NCBI GenBank assembly: GCA_041662665.1 | Contig: JBAZSC010000003.1 | Coordinates: 143,115 to 207,114, forward strand | Reading direction: 5' to 3' | Length of the DNA stretch: 64,000 nucleotides | Source: Patescibacteria group bacterium | GTDB lineage: Bacteria; Patescibacteriota; JABMPQ01; JAQVVF01 | Part shown: positions 58,401 through 64,000 of the stretch, in pieces | Position numbering within the stretch: position 1 is the stretch's first letter | How the letters are laid out: each line of letters opens with the position of its first letter | The notes under the pieces: generated by a model | The model's database searches: none | Seen by the model: the letters and a program-made list of their open reading frames with translations, nothing else | What the model was told of the DNA's origin: nothing | Translations under genes and position numbers: made by a program

Positions 58401-59207
58401 TTATTCGATTGGGTAATTTTTGTTTTGCCAATCTAGGTAACCGTTGATGAGATTAATTGCTTGCGTAAAACCTTTTTTAGTTAGACTTTCGACAATCAAT
58501 TTGCTTCTATTTCCTGTTTCATCATAAACAATTAATTCTTTGTTTCTAGGCAATTCTTTTATTCTGTTAGCTACTTCTTCGAATGGCATATTAATTGCAT
58601 TTTTGATATGTGATTTGTCAAAACTATCTTTTTCTCTGATATCTAAAATAACGATATCCTCGTTATTATCAATTTTTTGTTTTAATTGATCTAAATTAAT
58701 GCTTTTATAAATTGCATCGAATCCAGAAATTATTGGATAATTTTGTTCTTCCCAACCTGTTACTCCTTCCTTGAAACTTTTAACATTTTTTAATCCTTTT
58801 GACGATAGTAGCTCAGCGGCTTTCGTTGAAGTTTTGCAGGTATTATCATTAGTACAAGTTGTAATTATTTCTTTATTATTTGGAATTTCTTTTATTCTTG
58901 CTTCGACTTGCTCATATGGAATATTTATTGAACCAGGAATATGCTTGGTTAAATAATTTTGTTCACTTTGAACGTCTAAAATATAAATGTTTTCTTGATT
59001 GTCAATTTTTTCTTTTAATTCTGAAGCAGTAATTGTTGGTATTGTAGATTGTGATTCGTTCAAATTTGTTTGGCTATTTTTGACTGGCTTGATATTTAAT
59101 TTCCATTGAGGTTTAACAAAAATAGCAATAATGCCGCCAACTACGATAATTACTGCGAAAATTAACATGATCGTTTCTTTTTTGCTTGCTTTATATGGTT
59201 CTGACAT
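58401..59207 (-). CDS. Membrane-anchored double rhodanese-domain protein
   Basis: Two LD..HI..INIP/MP repeats; G...W...YP ends. Confidence 0.88.
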   Translation of the reverse strand: MSEPYKASKKETIMLIFAVIIVVGGIIAIFVKPQWKLNIKPVKNSQTNLNESQSTIPTITASELKEKIDNQENIYILDVQSEQNYLTKHIPGSINIPYEQVEARIKEIPNNKEIITTCTNDNTCKTSTKAAELLSSKGLKNVKSFKEGVTGWEEQNYPIISGFDAIYKSINLDQLKQKIDNNEDIVILDIREKDSFDKSHIKNAINMPFEEVANRIKELPRNKELIVYDETGNRSKLIVESLTKKGFTQAINLINGYLDWQNKNYPIE

Positions 59208-59215
59208 TTTATTTT

Positions 59216-60154
59216 TTATATAGCGATTTTATTTATAATATTTTTATTTCCTCGTAAATAATCTGAAGTTGCGATTTCTTTTTTTCCTTCTGGTTGCCAT
59301 TTATCTATAACAAGAATGTTTTTAAAACAGGCAACAGCGATTTTATTCTCATGAATAAATATTGTGCCATTTTGTTTTTTTGTATCTTGATTGATTATAC
59401 TTGCTTTTGTTATTTTGAAACGTTTTTTGTCGATAAAAGTATAGGCTGAAGGCCAAGGATAGAAAGCATTAATTTGTTGTAAAATATTTTTGGCATTTTG
59501 TTGCCAATCAATTTTTCCATCTTCTTTTTTGATGATTCTTGTGTAAGTTGCTTGATTATTATCTTGAGGCTTGGGAGTAATTTTTTTATTAATATAATCA
59601 GGCAATATTTTTAGGAGAAATTCAGCACCGATTTTTGATAAACGATTATGCAATGTTTCTGAGGTATCATCATTATATATTTTTTCAGTTTTTTGTGCAA
59701 TTATGTCGCCTTCATCCATTTTTTCGTTCATAACCATAATTGTGATGCCTGTTTCTTTTTCTCCATTTAGAATTGCAGTTTGAATTGGAGATGCACCGCG
59801 ATATTTTGGTAATAAAGAGGCATGAATATTAATACAACCATATTTTGGTAAATTTAAAATGTCTTTTGGAATAATTTTTCCGTAGGCTGCAACAATAATA
59901 ACATCAGGATTAAGATCTTTAATTTGATTTATGAATTCTATATTTTCTTTTATTTTTTGAGGTTGAAGAACTTTAATATTATTTTTAATTGCAATCTGTT
60001 TGACTGGTGAGGGTAAAAATATTTGTTTTCTGCCAACTTTTTTGTCTGGCTGAGTTACAACTGCAATTAAGTTTGTTCCTTTTATTAGAGAATTCAAAGT
60101 TGGGACAGCAAAATCAGGTGTACCAAAAAAAATTGTTTTTATATTTTTTAACAT
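59216..60154 (-). CDS. fmt: Methionyl-tRNA formyltransferase
   Basis: FFGTPDFA, VVTQPD, NIHASLLPKYRGASP. Confidence 0.97.
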   Translation of the reverse strand: MLKNIKTIFFGTPDFAVPTLNSLIKGTNLIAVVTQPDKKVGRKQIFLPSPVKQIAIKNNIKVLQPQKIKENIEFINQIKDLNPDVIIVAAYGKIIPKDILNLPKYGCINIHASLLPKYRGASPIQTAILNGEKETGITIMVMNEKMDEGDIIAQKTEKIYNDDTSETLHNRLSKIGAEFLLKILPDYINKKITPKPQDNNQATYTRIIKKEDGKIDWQQNAKNILQQINAFYPWPSAYTFIDKKRFKITKASIINQDTKKQNGTIFIHENKIAVACFKNILVIDKWQPEGKKEIATSDYLRGNKNIINKIAI

Positions 60155-60586
60155 TTATTTGATAATTTTATCTATAAATAGAATGCCGTCGAGATGATCA
60201 ATTTCATGCTGAAGTACACGAGCATAAAGTCCTTTGGCAGTGATTTTGTTTTTATTTCCATTTTCATCTTGGAATTTGACTGTAACTTTGTAGGCTCTTT
60301 TTACTTTGCCAAAAATTTTAGGTAAAGATAAACAACCTTCTTCAGCAATTTCTTTTTTTAAAGATTTAGAAGTTATTTTTGGATTAATAAATATTTTTGG
60401 TCCATCTTTAGTTTGAATAGCAATTAATTTTATTGATTTTCCAATTTGTGGAGCGGCTAAGCCAATACCATCATGATCAAGCATAGTTTTAACAAATTCA
60501 GGAACCATTTTTTGAATATCAGAAAAATTCTCAATTGTTTGAGTTTTCATTCTAAGGATTTCATTTGGATAAGTAATAATCTTCAT
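60155..60586 (-). CDS. def: Peptide deformylase
   Basis: GIGLAAPQIG, EGCLS, QHEIDHLDG. Confidence 0.97.
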   Translation of the reverse strand: MKIITYPNEILRMKTQTIENFSDIQKMVPEFVKTMLDHDGIGLAAPQIGKSIKLIAIQTKDGPKIFINPKITSKSLKKEIAEEGCLSLPKIFGKVKRAYKVTVKFQDENGNKNKITAKGLYARVLQHEIDHLDGILFIDKIIK

Positions 60587-60639
60587 GTAACACTCTAATT
60601 TATTTTCTAATATTTGCGAATGAGTTTTCGAATACTGTC

Positions 60640-62610
60640 TTAAAGTAAGCTCTCTGGATCGATATCAACAATCCAATCATTAGGAACTTGTTTTAAGATA
60701 TAATCTTTAAATTTTAGATCTTTAAGTTTAATTATAATTTGCCAGATGTATCGGCCTTGAATTTTTGTAAAAAACGATGGGGCAGGACCTAAAATAGTTA
60801 AAAGTTTAAAGTCTAAAGTTAAAAGTTTTCGAAGCTTGTTTGCCAAATTCGCTGATTCGTGTTGGGCTTGGTCTGGATCGGAATTTTTATAGATTAACTT
60901 GATGACTTTAACGAATGGAGGATAATCAAGATCTCGACGAGTTTTAATTTCATTTTTGTAGAAACTTTCAAAATCATGATTGGACGCAGTTTTAATAACA
61001 AAGCTATCTGGCTTATATGTTTGAAAAATTACTTTGCCAGGAGTAATACCTCTACCAGTTCTTCCAGCAATTTGTGTAAGAAGTTGAAAGGTTCTTTCTT
61101 GCGCTTTGTAATCTGGTAGATTCAAACCAACATCTGAAGAAATAACGCCCACAAGATCGACTCCCTCAAGATCCCAGCCCTTGGCAATCATTTGCGTACC
61201 GATCAAGATATTGGCTTTTTTTAGCCTAAAATCATTGTAAATTTGGGCATGCGAGTGCTTGGTGCGAGTAGTATCTGAATCCATCCTGAATATTCTAACA
61301 TATTTATACATTTTTTGCAACTCCTGTTCAACTTTTTCTGTTCCAGTGCCAAAATATTTTATAGCTGAACTTTTGCATCTTGGACAGGAAATCGGTGTGG
61401 GAGTTGTGTAGCCACAGTAATGACAGCTTAAATTATTTTGTTTATAGAGATGAAAAGTAAGAGGAACATCGCAATTTTTGCAAGTCGCAACATAACCGCA
61501 ATCTCGACAATTTACAAATGTGGCGATGCCTCTTCTATTTATATATAGCAGAGCTTGGCGATTATTTTTTATAATAGTTTCTAGCTCTTTTTGCAAACTT
61601 TCGGAAAAAATTGAGAAATTCCTCTTTTTGAATTCTTCTCGCATATCAACAATTTCTACTTTTGGCATTATTGAGTTTGCGGTGAATCTTGAAGGCAATT
61701 TTAGTAGTGAATAAATATTTTGTTCAGCCATATAATATGATTCGATACTTGGAGTAGCTGATCCAAGGACAACTTTTGTGTTAAATATGTTGGCTAATTT
61801 TATAGCTGCTTCTCTTGCATGGTAACGAGGATTTTGATCATATTGTTTATATGATGAATCATGCTCTTCATCAATAATGATAATGCCTAAATTTTGAATG
61901 GGAGCAAAGATTGCTGATCTTGGTCCAATAATTATTTTTGCTTTATTTGATTTTATTTTTTTCCATTGAGTAAATTTTTCTCCAGTTGATAATTTGGAAT
62001 GTAAAATTGCAATTTGTTCTTGATTAAAATGTTGGGAGAATCGATTGATTGTTTGTGGAGTTAAAGAAATTTCTGGAACTAAGACAATTGATTGTTTATC
62101 TAATTTTATTTGCTGTTCAATTAATTTTAAATAAATTTCTGTTTTGCCTGAACCAGTTACTCCATGAATAAGAAAAACTTTAAAATCTTTTGTTGAATTT
62201 ATTTTTTCAAATATTATTTGTTGTTGTTTTGTGAGTTTTGGATAGGCGATAGTATCTGATTTTACATCTTTTTCTTTTGTTCTTTGATTAACAGCTTGTG
62301 GCAACATTAGCTTTATGACAGAAGCAACAGATGTGTGGTAATATTCTGAAATCCATTTTGCAAGTTCTATCTGCTTGTTCGTTAAATTAATATTTTCTAC
62401 TTGTTTAATGATCTCTTTAGGTTTAAAACCAAGCTCTTGAACATTATTATTGTTCAGTGAATAAACGATACCTTTTATTGTTTTTCCACGAAAAGGAATC
62501 TCAACAACTTGACCTAGCGATATATTTTCTTTTGATAAATAAGAAAAAACCTGATTTTTGTCAGGAGGTAATTTAATTGATGGAATAATATTATATAAAT
62601 TAAATGACAT
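60640..62610 (-). CDS. priA: Primosomal protein N'
   Basis: HGVTGSGKTE, DEEH, SATPS, CxxC zinc cluster, GTQMIAKG, GRTGR. Confidence 0.97.
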   Translation of the reverse strand: MSFNLYNIIPSIKLPPDKNQVFSYLSKENISLGQVVEIPFRGKTIKGIVYSLNNNNVQELGFKPKEIIKQVENINLTNKQIELAKWISEYYHTSVASVIKLMLPQAVNQRTKEKDVKSDTIAYPKLTKQQQIIFEKINSTKDFKVFLIHGVTGSGKTEIYLKLIEQQIKLDKQSIVLVPEISLTPQTINRFSQHFNQEQIAILHSKLSTGEKFTQWKKIKSNKAKIIIGPRSAIFAPIQNLGIIIIDEEHDSSYKQYDQNPRYHAREAAIKLANIFNTKVVLGSATPSIESYYMAEQNIYSLLKLPSRFTANSIMPKVEIVDMREEFKKRNFSIFSESLQKELETIIKNNRQALLYINRRGIATFVNCRDCGYVATCKNCDVPLTFHLYKQNNLSCHYCGYTTPTPISCPRCKSSAIKYFGTGTEKVEQELQKMYKYVRIFRMDSDTTRTKHSHAQIYNDFRLKKANILIGTQMIAKGWDLEGVDLVGVISSDVGLNLPDYKAQERTFQLLTQIAGRTGRGITPGKVIFQTYKPDSFVIKTASNHDFESFYKNEIKTRRDLDYPPFVKVIKLIYKNSDPDQAQHESANLANKLRKLLTLDFKLLTILGPAPSFFTKIQGRYIWQIIIKLKDLKFKDYILKQVPNDWIVDIDPESLL

Positions 62611-63635
62611 TATTTTGTAAAGTAATTAATGACTTTTTCTTTTCTGTTTTCATTTCTAAGATAATAAGGAAGCAACCTATATAAAAGCGATATCATTGGT
62701 TTTATTTTATACAGACTGATAAATTTTTCACAGAATTTTTTTTGTTCTAAGAGTCTGTTAAATTTTTCACTATATTTATAATTTGGATCAATAATTTTTT
62801 TTGCTGCTTCTTGACCAGATAGGAGAGCGCCAAAGATTCCTTCACCTGTTAATCCATTAGTGAATCCGCCTGCTTCACCGATAAGAAAAAAGTTATTAAA
62901 TTTCATTCCTCGATAATCATAATTAATTGGAAATGACTCAATATTTTTTTCTGTAATGCCATTTTTGTTTAGCCATTCAAAAAAATTGTTTCTTAATTTT
63001 GAAATTGAAAAATATTTTTGATCTGTTGCTGTTCCAAAACGAGTGTGATTTTGGTGTGGAAAGATCCAAGCATAGTGAGGACCAAATAGTTTTGTGTCAA
63101 TTTTGATTTCAAAATCTTTGAACAATTTATTTGTTCGGACTTGCATCGTAGTCGCTAATTTGGTAGTTGGTATCTTTAGGAACTTTCGAACTAGAGAGTT
63201 TGCTCCATCTGCGCCAATTAAATATTTAAATTGATAACTTTCTTTCTCAGTATTTAGAGAGTTTTTTTGAATAGAAATAACTTTTGTGCTAGTTAGAATA
63301 GTTGCTCCGGATTTTTTTGCTTGTTCTGCTAGATAGGATCCTAGTTTTTCACGTTCAACAGTATAGAGATAAGGTTCGTTTTGATTTAAATTGATTATTT
63401 TTCTGTAAACAATAATTTTTGCTGAATTGAAACTTTTATCACAAATTGATATTGGAATGTTAAAATAGTTTATATCTTTTTGTGTTAAACCGCCAGCACA
63501 AATTTTTTTGCCAAATTCTGAATTTTTTTCTAATACTAATACTTTCTTGTTTTGTTTTGCAAGAGTTTTGGCTGCTGATAATCCGGCAGGGCCAGCACCA
63601 ATTATTATTGTTTCATAAAATTTATTTTGATTCAT
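62610..63635 (-). CDS. Geranylgeranyl-reductase-family FAD oxidoreductase
   Basis: Start moved to ATG 63635; IIGAGPAG, KICAGG, GADGANS, YAWIFP, GEAGG..GEGI. Confidence 0.88.
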   Translation of the reverse strand: MNQNKFYETIIIGAGPAGLSAAKTLAKQNKKVLVLEKNSEFGKKICAGGLTQKDINYFNIPISICDKSFNSAKIIVYRKIINLNQNEPYLYTVEREKLGSYLAEQAKKSGATILTSTKVISIQKNSLNTEKESYQFKYLIGADGANSLVRKFLKIPTTKLATTMQVRTNKLFKDFEIKIDTKLFGPHYAWIFPHQNHTRFGTATDQKYFSISKLRNNFFEWLNKNGITEKNIESFPINYDYRGMKFNNFFLIGEAGGFTNGLTGEGIFGALLSGQEAAKKIIDPNYKYSEKFNRLLEQKKFCEKFISLYKIKPMISLLYRLLPYYLRNENRKEKVINYFTK

Positions 63636-63715
63636 AACTTTGGAAAAATATTGCTTTTTAAAAGTTTGCAGAAAATTGGTACGGGGCAAGCCTCGCACCA
63701 ATTATTATTGTTTCA
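63595..63715. repeat. 21-bp direct repeat (63595-63615 and 63695-63715) with palindrome 63674-63703
   Basis: GCACCAATTATTATTGTTTCA twice, 100 bp apart. Confidence 0.8.
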
Positions 63716-63783
63716 AAGTATTGCATTTGCTTTAAGTCTAGCATTTTTTTGAAAATCTTCAAATATTTTGCTATACTAAAGTT

Positions 63784-64000
63784 ATGAAAAAGAAGCGCAT
63801 ATTTATTTCATTAAATGTTTCTCTCAGTATAAAAAGAAAAATTGCAAAAGTGCAAAAGAATTTTGCTGATTTTAATGGTGTAAGATGGGAACCTCGAAAA
63901 AAGTTACATATTACATTGCATTTTCTGAACTATTTAGACAATAATGAAATTGAAAAAGTTAAAAGTGTCTTGTCAAAGATTAAATTGAAAATCTTTATAG
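63784..64000 (+). CDS. thpR: RNA 2',3'-cyclic phosphodiesterase (2H family), 3'-truncated by window edge
   Basis: MKKKRIFIS...VRW...LHITLHFL; promoter TTGAAA-17-TATACT 6 nt before the ATG. Confidence 0.8.
   Translation, partial: MKKKRIFISLNVSLSIKRKIAKVQKNFADFNGVRWEPRKKLHITLHFLNYLDNNEIEKVKSVLSKIKLKIFI

Overview
AT-rich bacterial chromosome segment, standard genetic code, about 60 genes, mostly on the + strand. Gene content and style (no Shine-Dalgarno sites on housekeeping genes, membrane-anchored Clp, many ABC/MacB transporters) suggest a Patescibacteria/CPR genome; this is inference. Housekeeping genes include aspS, scpAB, mutM, prfB with a +1 frameshift, ftsEX, tRNA-Gln, glnA, dut, truB, nrdDG, ahcY, fmt, def and priA. 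The most striking signals are non-genic or orphan. (1) A 26-35 bp covarying palindromic element (TCCGCC-TTC-stem-TTC-GGCGGA-CAAG) occurs 10 times, including three in-frame insertions in genes and one copy nested in another. (2) Seven dispersed, self-contained orphan-gene cassettes carry strong SD sites, usually their own sigma70-like promoter and terminator, and often a boxA-like TTCYYTGNCAA motif. Two of them share an unrecognised Cys/His domain and a near-identical terminator. (3) An ORF6N gene contains a perfect 31-bp palindrome that recurs just upstream of it. (4) Many families of 7-10-mer direct-then-inverted repeats fill gene junctions and sometimes enter proteins. All calls were made by eye; no database searches were run.
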